Source: Thalia democratica (Eukaryota). Taken from it: a stretch of 64,000 nucleotides of DNA. This document shows positions 1-12,612 of the stretch, in pieces. Within the stretch, counting starts at the first letter, position 1; each line of letters begins with the position of its first letter. Position numbers and translations under genes: made by a program. A model generated the notes under the pieces. That model searched no databases. It saw nothing but the letters and a program-made list of their open reading frames with translations, and was not told the DNA's origin. The stretch spans positions 56,544,001 through 56,608,000 of the forward strand of contig OZ241828.1 of assembly GCA_965202585.1 (NCBI GenBank), read 5' to 3'.

Positions 1-1627
1 ATATTTTGTATTATAAACTTTTAAAATATGTGTTTTACTTTTAAGTGTTCTTGACTGTAGAAAAAAAAAATCAAGTTAGTTCATATGTTTGCAGACCTAA
101 AAGTTTTACTTTATTTGTAGTGTTTTTTTTTCTAAAAATATTGATGACGTGTTAAAAAATAACTTGTTTTAATTTACTCACATTTTAGATTATTAAAGCA
201 ATATTGTATACTTTGAGGTAATGAGTAAATAATTTTTAAACAGTAAACAATCGTAAAAATATCTAACAACTTTTTCAAAAAATTTAAAACTTCTTATTAA
301 TAAAAAAACTGTTTACTGAATACCATTAACAAACATTCAATTAAAACTTCATTATATTAAAGCTGGTAAACTACTTAATAAATAGTTTAAAACTCAAAGT
401 GAAATGTTATTGGAAAGCTTGTCATTTGTTTTGTTTTAGAAATTTATAGCTATGAAAACAGTTATATGTTAAAGTTTTATTTCAAACTTTTTTCGTTTAA
501 TATTTCTACACAAAGCTACTTTGAAATAATGTTTATTTATGTACTAAAATAAACTATTTTTTTTAGGTCAGTTCTTTTTTCAATGTTTTTCATTCAAAGT
601 GGATTATTTTCAAAAGTTAATGCAGGTAGTTATAGTTTTAATAGAATACAATAAAATTGTACCAATATTTATAATTAAAGCGTTAGAGCTCTTTGAATGC
701 CTTATTTCATCATAACTTTTGCAGCTATTTTCAATAACCAAAAAAAAAACTTTATTTGTTTCTAAAAGAAATTGTATGTTTTAGTTCTATTAAGAGCTTT
801 GAATTAATGTTTTAGAAGTTAACCAAGTTTTTTTTTAAGAATCAGAACATTTTAATATACAACTTACTTATTTCTCATTTTGTGTTCGAAACTAGGAATC
901 AGGTGTTGATACTATAAACAATAGAGTATTTTTGTTTTGTTAATCAAGAAAAAGCGTCAAATGTTTTTGGTACATAAGAGTATATTTAATAAGTTTACTT
1001 TATATACTTAACAAAACAAAACTAAATAAAAAATACCATGCATGTGTTTTACATCATACATAACAGTATTAACAGAGTGTTCCTACTAATATAAATTAAT
1101 TTCCAACTAACTTTTATGTGTCTAATTTATAAAGTAAAACTTTTTTTAAATCACTTTTACTACTAACATTGTAAAATATAAAAAAAATATACACAAGTTG
1201 TAACGATTTCTAATTAAAAGCAAAAAATATGAAGACAATCATAAATTAAAAGGTCGTTTCTAGTATTTATAAGTTATGTTTATATTGACAACAAAACGTT
1301 GCTCAGTCTACTAGACGTATATATGTAATTTAAAATATAGAAAAAGACAACTTTTTAAATGCTATTTGTTGTTGTAAATCTATTAAAAGTTTTTATTATC
1401 TTACAGTAATTAAATAAAAGAGCAAAAAATTTGCACTGTGTACGGTTTTTAAATATTTTTAGAGTTTGTTATTTTAAATAATTTTAAACTTTTATACAAC
1501 AGTGCTTTTTCTAATTTCAAAACCATTTACTAAAAAACCTAAGTACTTATACTATCATACAAGTACAAGTAATATGTTGGTAATACTTACCCGAATGTAA
1601 ATTTGAACTTTTTTTCTACGTTTGCAG

Positions 1628-4600
1628 AAGAAAATTTCAAGTTCATCGAAGTGGAACCAGGAGAAATTCCAGAGGAAGTTTGCCAGCACCAAGAAATGGA
1701 AATGCTTGTAGTTGATGAAAAAATAGAAAATAAAATAATACAAACTATCATTACTTCAGGAAATAAAAAAGACAAATGGTATCGTTTTAAAAGGGTTGAC
1801 GAAGGACTATCGGAGTGTCCAAACTTTCTAAAAGTTGTAAGGTCAGCAACCCAGGAAACAAGATTTTGCTCATCAATGTTAGCTAGATATTTCGCCATCT
1901 GCGAAACAAGCCGAGTAACTGAAAACACGAAAGCTCCTAATACGGACGTTTCTACTGGCAACTCATCATTGAGCACATCAAATATAGTTATCATCGTGGT
2001 CATTGTTCTTATTTTATGTATTGTTACTGTTTTGGGATTAGCATATAAATTATCTCCGCCACACGTCAAGGTAAGTACATAAATTCAGTATAAATTGTTA
2101 TATAAAAATGCTTCGACTTCTAACTTTATTTAACAAAAACACAGTAAATGTGGTTTTTACTTTTTGATTTTTAATTTTCTTTACTTTCTTATTAAACATT
2201 ATTTAATGTCTTGTTTAATTTTAACTTAAAATTATATTGAAAAATGTTTAAATTTATTAATAGTATTCTGTTGTTATCTTTAGTATGTTTTATGAGTAAC
2301 TAGCAATAATTTTTTTGCATTTTGATACTAAAAAATTGAAGAAAAAATAATTTAAATTTTAATACAGAATAACAATTTTTTATTCTTGCAGACTCAATTA
2401 GATAACATCTTCAAGCCGTTAATTCCCGTTAGTTATCTTGGTTTATTTTTATTTTATAATTTATAATTTTTTCAACTTTTTTATAGTAAAATTATCGTGA
2501 CAAAAATTTTATTTAACAACTATAAGTTATTAAAAAAAAAAAAAAAAAGATTAAGAAAAAGAAGATCATAAACTTTGATTATCTGTTTATTGTATTTTAA
2601 AATCTTTATAATACTTATATTTCTAGAGTTGCTTGACAAAGTTCTGCGTAAGAAGAAATCCAGTTAGTTTTGTTTAGTTTTTGTATTTTATTAATAAATA
2701 GTGAGAAAGTATTCAAAATCTGGGTTGTTAAAGCTGTCTTATGTTGTATTTGTTATTTTTATTTCAGAACAATATTAGTTTTTATACGAATGTTTTTTAA
2801 ATGTTAGATATTGAAAATAATAAACTTGAGCTGTTGATGATTAGTTGTGATTAATCAAGTATGTTTTAAACAATTAAATATATAAAATATGTAAATTAAA
2901 AGAGTTAATTAAAATATAACGTCGATCTTATGTATATAAACTATTATTTGTTAAGCAATGTGCAAATAATAATTTGTAAAATTTAATAGATTTTCGTAAT
3001 AAGATTTTGTATTGACAGTTTAGTAGCCAAGTTTTAGTTAAATAAAGTTAAATCAATATTAATTACAAATAATAAATAACAATTAAAAGTATTATGTATT
3101 TAGTAACAACAGTTTTCATAATACTAAGTTTTTTACAGTATCTTTAAAGTCCTTCTTTGTTTTTCCTACTTTAAAAAGCTACTTAAAAAGTAGAAAAGTT
3201 TAAACTAAATTATTTTTTTGATTAATAAATGTTCTTACAAAAACTTAAAAAAGTAATTGTGAAGTATTCTGTTTTTTTACATTTTTATAACAGACTAATC
3301 AAAATTTAGACAATACAACTTCTTAGAAGTAATTTCTCAAAAATCAATAAGTAAAGCGATTGTAACCTAATCAATTTTATTTATTTTTTGCAAATTTTAA
3401 AATATTCTTTAAAAATATGGTTAAAAGAAGTTTACAAAATATAGTTACTTTAAGTAATTATTTAATTACTTTTTCAATTTTACTTTTTTACTATCATGAT
3501 ATTTTTAATTAGATCAAAAATTACTTTTGTTTTCAAACAGCCAGTTAAACACTTATTTTATAGTATTTAGATTGTCATTAAACAGCATGTTTTTATAAGT
3601 TGTTTTAAATACTTATTATAAATTATTATATATTATTAAAGTTTATAATGTTATTAAACTTGAAGAGGTCATAATTTTTTGTCACTGAAACCCGGTTGTG
3701 AATAAAGTATTTATTTTGCACATATTTACTTATATAATATATTATATAAAAAGATACTCTTTCTTTAGCGGTTAAGCTGAAACTTTTGAAAAAAGTTTTA
3801 ATTTAAAACCAGTTGTTAAAAACATGTGTTCTGTCAGCAATTTATGCTAATTATAATTAGGCTTTGTGTAATATTTTGAAATTCGACAAAATATTTTTAT
3901 TTTTATTAGTGGAACTTGAGAAAAAAAAACCATAAAAATCTTTTTTTTTTACCTATTAGTTTTTTTCTTTACTCACTTTATAAAGTGCAACTATGTAAAA
4001 AATCATCTACAGTCTATCTTCATGACGTACTTTGACAGCTACAAAAGTACTTAAAATGTACTTGTTTCACCTATACAAAAACAATGAAATGTAGCACTCA
4101 TATTAGAAACTTGTAGTATTTTAGAATTTTATGCCTTTGTATCTTAGAACGTTCCATTTTTGGAGCTTGCTGAACAAGCAGCTCTGTAAAACTCCACCGC
4201 CCGTTGGTTTCTGTGCGAGAAGCTAAGACTTTAAAATAAAACCTAAGGAAAAATTTATAAATGAAAACATTTTGTACTGGTGTAGGAGGAGCTCTTTTAT
4301 ATTTAGGGTAGAGGGAAATTCTTAGATGTGTGGTTCAATCACGGTGATAAATAAAAACTCTGACACAAAGGTCGTAGTTAGGTTTCGCATTGAATCAAAA
4401 TTTTTCATTGTAATCAGTGTCATTCCGGCAGCTCCTGCGACAATGATTAGCATTGCTGCACAGTTAAGCCGATTTTTGTTGCGGATTGTGATACCCTGCT
4501 GCATAGGCAACTAATAATTTTAGGTTGCAATAATTTTTTTGTTGCTAAAGTTGTTAGTTGATATGTTGCTGCTTCTATAGCTATTATTTTATCTTTTTTT

Positions 4601-7600
4601 TGTTATCGTTGTTGTTAAAGTTATTATAAACAAAGGTATTTATTACTTTAATACAGACGGAAATGTACCATAAAAAATTTATAAGCATACTCGTTTCTCA
4701 TGCAGTACAAAATCGTTTCTACGACTTTATTTCTATTATTTTTAAATTAATTACAACCAGGAGGAAGCTTTAGAAATGCAAGAAATGAACGAAGTCGAAA
4801 TTGAGAACGAAGACAGAAGGTGCCAGAGTGGAAAAAAATTACAAGCTAGTGGGAGGTCTTTAGTGAGTAAGGAAGAAGAAGGTAACAATCAGGACGAAGT
4901 CAGAAACAAGGAAGGAAAGTCGAACGGAGGAAATAGCGAGGAAAGAAACGGTGGGATGGGCGACGCTGGAAGCTCAAGAGGAGAGCAGAAAAAATCATTC
5001 CAATTCAGACTCCAGGGAGTGCTGGGAAAGGTTTGAAAATAAATAAGCATATAGTTCTCTTGTTTTCATATAAATTACTATAAAAATATTTTGTTAATGT
5101 TGTCCTTTTTCATTGTTTTTAAACTTTGTTAGTCAATAGCAAAAGTTAAAACTAATAATGAGCTTAAAAATCAAATATTTTAGTAAACATTTAGATTTAA
5201 TAATTTTTTGATTATTCAAATATTTTTTTTCAAATATAACTATAAACCAAGGGAACCTATGGCACGGTCTTGAAGGCGTGGCACATTGAAGATGAGACCA
5301 GCTATGCCTTGAAACTTCAAATTGTTGATGACCAGTAAGTATGTTTTTTTTTCTATAAAACTAGAAGTTTAACTACTGAAAACTTTTATTATCATAACTT
5401 CCAAATATTTTGTAAGTATTTAATACATGTTATTTTACAACAATTAGCGTAACAAAATATTTATACTAATACATGTTTAATTGCTCATTTTATATGCACA
5501 GAAAAGTTTTTGAGTATCAATAAAAATAGAAACTAAGGGATATAAACACATTCTAATGTACTTTGTTTAAAACTTCTTATTACTTCGTTACTTCTTTATT
5601 AATAGTTTAGCTAAATTTAGGTAACTAAAGATACAGTTGTATCAGAAATATAGTTAAGGTCATCGATTTAAAATCATAAAATTTATGTAGGAAAAATTTC
5701 ATTTAGCTTAATTTAGTTTTTTTTTCTGTTTTAAATATAAATAAAAAGTTAAAAAGTTTTAGAAACTATTTGATCTTTCTCTAGTGTAATTCAGTTGTAC
5801 TATGGTCAAAAAAAAAAAAAAAAATCTAGAATTTGTTTTGGTTCCTAAATAGAACATTAACTTTTTTTTATCATATTTAACTTCATCTATAAAAAAATAT
5901 TGTAAAACTTTGTAAATATTCACTTTTTATGATGTTTTTTCTAATGAAACATGCTAAGCAATTAGTGCTTGAGCGATAAACTATCTTTGTTAAAATAGTA
6001 ACAATTATCACTTACAAATTGAAAAGGTCATCTAATCTCCCCTAAACCTTTTTGTTTCGAAAAAATAAAAAACATATAGATGTAGATATCTTTCAATAAA
6101 TAACTTTTGCAGCTACGGTAAAAGCCTGGTTAGAAATGAGGCGAAAGTTTTGGCCAAAATTCACCACACATCGATTGTGAAATACCACACTTTCTGGCTG
6201 GAAACACTTGATGACGAGTTCAAGTTTGTTATTCTATTTTTAATTAACTTAAAATATCTCATTCGATTTTTGAATACTAAACATTTATTCGTAGTTTTTT
6301 TTTAAATAAGTGTTTTTAAATATTTTTTTTATAATTAAATGATTATAAAAAGCAATGAAAGACTATCATTTTAGTATTTTTGTATAAATTATTTCAATTT
6401 TAATTATTTCACTGTTATTGAAGGGCTTAAATAAAAATTTAAAGAAAGTAGTAGAAGTTTATAATATCCGTCTTTACTTTCTTTACATTTTCAATTTTCA
6501 TTAATTGTTTAAAAAGCAAATTTTTCTAAGTACATATAACATAAGTTTGCAATTAATAAAAAAGTAACTAAGACTTAACTTAGGTTGTTGTTTTCTTGTA
6601 ATCGAAGTTTGTAAAATAGAAAAAGTTCTTTTTTTTTACATGTCATTTTTAAACTGATATGTTGATTAACTATTACAATATAGTCTTATAGTGCATCAGA
6701 AAGTTTTACTAGTTTACTCACTAGCTCATTTTCTAATGTTTTGTTAAAAGTTACTAAAAGTATTTTTTTGCTAAAGTCCCATAGTCAGCTATTATCAAAG
6801 TATTTTTTATATACATTTATTTGATAGATAATAAGACTATTTAAACCATAACCTTCTTTTATTAACGGTGAACATTTTAATTAAACAGTGAATTGTGTGC
6901 ATTTAAACGTGTATATGTTAAAACAATATTTAATTTCTAGAAAATACCTTTCTGAAAACCCAGCAGGAATGACAGGTGACGTCATTAAGCACTTAGAAAA
7001 ACAATTCACTCCGTCTAGTAAGTTGTTCCTATATAAATGTAAACAAAATAGTGCACTAGATGTTTTTTTATTATATCTTTGAAATAAAAATTTCAGTATT
7101 AATTTGCATTGTTATCAAAGGTTTTGCGTATTTTAAGGTTTGTTTAAATGTTTTGTATTGCATTTAAATCTTGTATATTTTTTTAACCCCGTAATTGAAA
7201 GAAATTCAAAAGCGTTAAAGCATGATTATGAAAAAAAAATGTTTTTAACCACTTTTCACAACAAAAAACAAATGTAAAACAAGTTTTTAATTTATTAAAG
7301 TTTATACTTAAACTAATTTGAGCTATTAATTTTTTATTTATGAAAGACAACATAACAAATCATTTCGCAGAGTCGAAGCTCTACATAATTCAAACACAAC
7401 TTTGTTCGTATGATATTTCTAAGTATATCCAAAGCAATGAGGTGTTGGATATAGCAACTGACCTCCGACTAGTCGATGAGGTATAGAGAGTTTGAATGAG
7501 TATAAAATGTTTTAATTCTTATATTAGTGAATTAACTATAGTTTATCGCCGATTTTATTGGTTGTTCATTCAGAGTTTTGTGTTTTAAATTAATAAAAAG

Positions 7601-10058
7601 ACACATGGTACAAAATTTATTTGCATTAATAATTGGTGAGCTTAATTTTCAGGCTTAAAACTTAACAGCGGGTCTTAGAATATATGGAATGCATGTAAAC
7701 CTACTGCTATACTGCAAGATATATAAGATGCATATTGTATTTTTGAACAAAGCAAATTAAACCTTAAAAAAAACAAATAATTAAGCTAACTTTGATAACA
7801 AACTAAAAAATTTGTTGTTTCTTTCAAGTTAAAAGTGAAATACACAATAAAGTATATAAAAAAATTTATACAGTATAACTTTAAATTTGGTTCTAAAAAC
7901 AACGATAAATAAAACATACATTCAGTTGTGTAAGACTTTTATAAGGCAAAAGTTTTAGACAAAACCCAGAAATTATTAAAAACTTTATATATCTCTAGGC
8001 CAGTATTACCAAACAATTCAAGTATCTTCTTCTAAATCTTTAAATAATTTATGATCTCTTAAAAAAACATTTAAGTATATTTCTTTAACTTTATATAACA
8101 GTTTTTTGTGAGTTATGAATTTAGCTGAAGATTAACAAAAAAAGTAAATATTAAAAATAATATCAAATGTTCAACCAATTAAACAATACAAAAGATCTGT
8201 GTTTTTAAAGTTTTACTAAAGCTTTTATTTTTTAGATAAAATTTTTGAAATATATTTTCATTTGAACCAGATAGTTTCAAAAAGTTTAAGGACGTATTAC
8301 TTAATGTTAAACATATAATGAAATATTCTTTCCAGCCATTTTTGAACTAATAGGTACGAAAAAAAAACTTTTAAATATACATTTTAATACTTCATATAAT
8401 ATTTTCCTTTTAAATCAAGCTGCAGATAAAAATAATGGTTTTTTAGTAGTTCAAGACAACATACAAAGATAGAATAAATTTAACTATAATACAGATTTTC
8501 AAGGGACTCGAATATTTGCATGATGACAGAAAACTTGTACACGCCGATATCAAACCTTCAAATGTTCTTTTGAATGACAAGCTTCAGGCTAAGATATGCG
8601 ATTTCGGTTTTGCAAAATACTTTGGTTTGTTTGTAATCAGACAACTAATGTATTTTTTTTTCTTATGACTTAGGTAAGTTTACAAAGTTTTAGGCTAAGT
8701 TTAAACAATTTAAAGAGAAAAATACAAACATGAAAATTATTTTAAATAAATTATAATCAAAATTATTTTAAATGAATTAAATTGTTTTGCTATTGATTTG
8801 CCTAAGTTTAAGATTCAAAGTACTAAATCAAAAAGATAAGTTTTAAGCCTTTAAACAAAGTTCAACTAATCAAGCATAACCGTTTAAGCAACCACACTAG
8901 TACTAAAGTTGCATTTCGCTTGAGATCGCGTTGATATGCCAAAAAACATTTACAATAAACCCTCTAAATAACAATATCAGCCATGGTTGTTGTTTCAATT
9001 AATAGAAGTGAATGAATAAAAATTTCTTCGCTAGCTTTTCCAAAACGTTTCACTAAATTTATTACGGAGACAATATTTTCGAATACTTTATTAGTACTTG
9101 TTTTAGGCCAAGCGTACAAATTTCCTTGGGAACGAAACCTTGTTATTCACACTAGAAATGTCGGTACTGACCTGTTTATGCCACCCGAACAGGTATTGTT
9201 TATATTATGAAAAAATCTTAAATTTTTTAGTAAATAAATTGTATAAATACTACTTCATAGTATATATTAACTCCATAAATTCAACTTTAAGATTAAAATT
9301 ACGTTTGCTTTCATTTTTATCATATAAGAACGTTTTAGCAACATTATCAGTATAAAATTTGTTCAAAAAATCAAAAAAAGTCTTAAAGTAAGCATTAGTT
9401 ATTAACCTCAAAAACTAATTAAAGTTATTATTTAGAAAAAAATCCGTACTATTTATTTTTTTTAGGAATAGAAAACAATTTTGCAAGAATCAATTATCCT
9501 AAAGATTTTACAAATGCTCGCTAAATATTGATATGCAAAATAATAATTTTTTCAGAAAACGAGACAGTTCAGCAGTGCGGTCGACGTCTACTCAGGCGCG
9601 TTGACCGCACTTTTGCTGCTGGCGAGAACGAGGGAGTCTGATACCAAAGCAGTTGTTGAAACTGCGAAATACTATAACAGGCTCCCTCTAGTGTTTGCGG
9701 GAAGAGGTCTCAGATACTTGGTAAGTTTCGTTAACTTTTTTTAATATTTTAACTTATGATAAAACAGATGGTTTATTGGTTTTTTAATAGTCTAGCTTTT
9801 ATTTTCAAGTTTCTATTTTCATGTTCTGCTTTTGATTTTTTTTGTATAAACTTTGGTTTCTTTATAAGCTTTATAGTAATCGTTGGCAAATAGTTAAAGT
9901 TTCATTTTTTACAGCAAAATTTACTGTTGATATGTCTTGATGTAGAGGTCAACAAGCGACCTACGGCAACTCAATTCTCTTCTACTTTAATGTTGTACAG
10001 GCAAATTGCGATTGAAGAATTCAGTACTAGAGGCCAAACTAGTAGTAATTTTATTTAA
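1628..10058 (+). CDS. Single-pass transmembrane Ser/Thr kinase with eIF2-alpha-kinase (PERK/PKR/GCN2)-like catalytic domain; 5' end not found
   Basis: Phase-consistent GT-AG exons: 1628-2070, 2392-2427, 2627-2647, 4761-5030, 5252-5334, 6113-6223, 6941-7017, 7371-7480, 8495-8624, 9107-9192, 9556-9720, 9915-10058 (TAA). TM segment [21 protein letters not shown]. Kinase motifs: [36 protein letters not shown], an insert exon, [44 protein letters not shown]. The two small exons at 2.4-2.6 kb are the least certain. Confidence 0.85.
3651..3705 (+). ncRNA. Degenerate minimal type I hammerhead ribozyme-like motif (UUGAAGA core variant) in a kinase intron
   Basis: ttattaaac-TTGAAGA-ggtc...gtcact-GAAAC-ccg-GTT-gtgaataa. 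Homologous to the minus-strand copy at 16951-17005; stems I and II are imperfect. Confidence 0.4.
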
Positions 10059-12050
10059 TTTAAGTAAATGTTTTTAATAGTATCAAAGTTAAAATTTATT
10101 TTTCGTTTAGTATTTAATAAGTAAAAGTTGTGTTAAATGTTTAAGTAGTGGAAGTTATCTTTTGTATATATATATTTTTTTGTTATAAAACTTATATACT
10201 TAAAATATATTTTATTAATTTCGTTTCTAAATTTCTTTTGTATTTTTAGCTTGAATTTGTTAAAAAAGAGTTTGAAATTTTTTAACATTATTGAAATTTA
10301 CACTCAAAACAACATTTAAATTAAAAGTCTTAAAAGTAGTTATATTTTTTTAGACCTTATAAAGTAATGATCTAAAATTTAATGAAATTTTAATATTAAC
10401 TTAAGTTTATAATTTATAATATATTTACATATATATTTTTTTAATTTAATATCGCTGTTATAAAGTTTTGATTAGGTTCGTTTTATGTTCTTTATTAACT
10501 TTTAATATCAAACTAAAGTTTACTTTAAAACATTTTTGAAATTAAGATTCTTAAATATGTAATACGTATTTTAAGTAGTCAACTTTTTAATTTTAAAGTA
10601 ATTTAATTGTTACGTTCACTTTTATTTTTGGCGTTTTGCCTTGTTAAGCTACAAAATAAATTTTCAGCTAGAAAACAATTTATTTTATTTATTTGTTTCT
10701 AAAGTTTGCTGAAATAGAAAAATTTACAATTATGTCTACATACCCTTTTACATTTTTATAGCTTAGAAAAACTCTATAAAATTTGTACTTAACACGTTAT
10801 TTTATTTTATACAATTTTTTTCTTAATAAGGTACAATCTGATATTATGGTTTTCAAAAGTATATGAAAATTTACTGTTATAAAGTTTACACTAATTCGTT
10901 TTTCAGTTTAGTTTAACTTTTTACTAATTTATAATGTTAAAAATTATAAGTAAATTTAATAAAAACCAAATGTGTAAATACTATAGTTATACAATCGAGT
11001 TATTTTTTAAACTTTTAAACAAAATGTAATTAACTAAAAATATTTTAGATAAATTTTGCTGTTGTATAGTTTTGTGTAGATTCTTAATGCATTCTTTGAT
11101 ACTTATATTTTGTTTTTGAAAAATATCTGTGACTTTTATGTTAGCTTTGTAAAATTGTATATTCAAATAGATAAACCTAGTTTTTTACTAATTACTAATT
11201 TTAATTTGTTTATACACATTTTTTGACTTAAATAGTTTAATATATTACCAGCTGAAATTTCTTTCTATCATCTTAAACTTAGTACCATGTGTTCTATTTT
11301 ACAGTTTTTTTTTTTTACATTCTTTTTAAGTTTATGTAGAGTTCGCTAAATGTTATTTTTTTAGGCAATTTTTATTAGTTAATTCTTAACGAAAAATTAA
11401 AGCTATCACATGTTATTTGTTGTGCTTTGAATATACGTAGTTGAAATTATTTTTGGGACCAAACTTTCTTTATTTTGTTTTTGTTATTAAACACAATTTC
11501 ATTAACAACTTATTTTTGTTATTTGTAGTTTATGCTAAATAACAATGTTAATTAATTTAATTAAAATCAAGTTTGAAAACATTTTAAAGTAGTGATTTTA
11601 AAATAATCACAATTAATTTTAAGGTAGTTTTAATTTAAACTTGTAATATCATAAATTTTGTTGAACAAAAGATTTGTTTTTAACGTGTTTTTGTTTATAA
11701 ATAATATTTTTAAGTATATCTAACTTGTAGTATTTTAAGAACCTAAGATCTACGGAGGATGTGCCCCGGAGTGGTAGACACATTATTGGCCATGCTAAAT
11801 CGTGGGTAGATTTTCTAGAGGGTAGCTTTGCTTTACTAGACTAGAGGGTTACTTAGGGTCCATGTTAGGTATACTTATGAGTCAATTACCAAATAAAAAC
11901 AAGAAAAGGCAATGTTTATTAATGAATTTTAAAAGCTTTAAAATCAATACAGCTATTATTATTATTCAAAAATAAAAGCTTGTAATAGTTTAAATTAGTA
12001 TCAGCTCTAATCAGCAGTTTAAAAATGTTATTTTATTTATCACTAATTAC

Positions 12051-12490
12051 TGTGTTCCAGTTCAACTGTGCAAAGCTAAATACAAAACTTGTGATCCGAC
12101 AAGCAACAAATATAAATCAGTTGTAAGTGAACTGATATCACTATCCAAAGCCAAATACACTATTTGTGTTCCAACAAGCAACAAATTCAAATAAAATTAA
12201 CTATTAATTAACTGATTTCACTACTCAAAGCCCAAATACAGAGTTGTATTCCAACAAGCAACAAAATCAAATCAAAACTAGCTATAAATAAACTGATTTC
12301 ACTATTCAAAGCCAAATACACTATTTGTGTTCCAACAAGCAACAAATTCAAATAAAAATAGCTAATATAAATTGGTTTTACTACTCAAAGCCAAAAAACA
12401 GAATTTGTATTCCAATAAGCAACAAGATCAAATGAACTTAGTTATAAGTGAACAGATTTCACTACTTAAAGTCAAATAAATAACTTGTAG
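12051..12490. repeat. Tandem array of about 5.5 copies of an ~80-bp unit
   Basis: The motif actgatttcactantcaaagccaaataca...ttgtrttccaacaagcaacaaa recurs near 12131, 12211, 12292, 12371 and 12452. Confidence 0.9.
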
Positions 12491-12569
12491 ACTGACGACA
12501 CTGAAGTGACTGCAAGCCAGTTATAAAAAAAACGTTTTTCCTAAGTTACATCATAACAAAACAGTATAA

Positions 12570-12612
12570 TAAGCACTGACGAGGTCTTTACCCGAAACTT
12601 ATTTGGCAAAAT
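12570..12612 (+). ncRNA. Hammerhead core remnant (same family as 19281)
   Basis: CTGACGA-ggtctttaccc-GAAAC. Stem II is imperfect and I see no convincing stem I. Confidence 0.3.

Noticed and set aside
1555-2069. Minus-strand ORFs of 62 and 160 aa
   Set aside because: Antisense shadows of the plus-strand kinase exon.
4141-4600. Moderately GC-rich patch and two overlapping 62-aa ORFs in a kinase intron
   Set aside because: No recognisable motif and not needed to keep the kinase frame; probably an unidentified repeat remnant.
9467-9530. Possible extra kinase exon after ttttag
   Set aside because: It hits a stop with no donor, and flanking exons already join in phase.
11745-11880. GC-richer island with an A-box-like gccccggagtggtag
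   Set aside because: No B-box or cloverleaf, so I cannot call a tRNA or SINE.
12051-12490. CRISPR-like periodicity
   Set aside because: The whole 80-bp unit repeats with no unique spacers, in a eukaryotic context with no cas genes.
12491-12520. ctgacgacactgaagtg as a hammerhead
   Set aside because: No GAAA follows the putative stem II.
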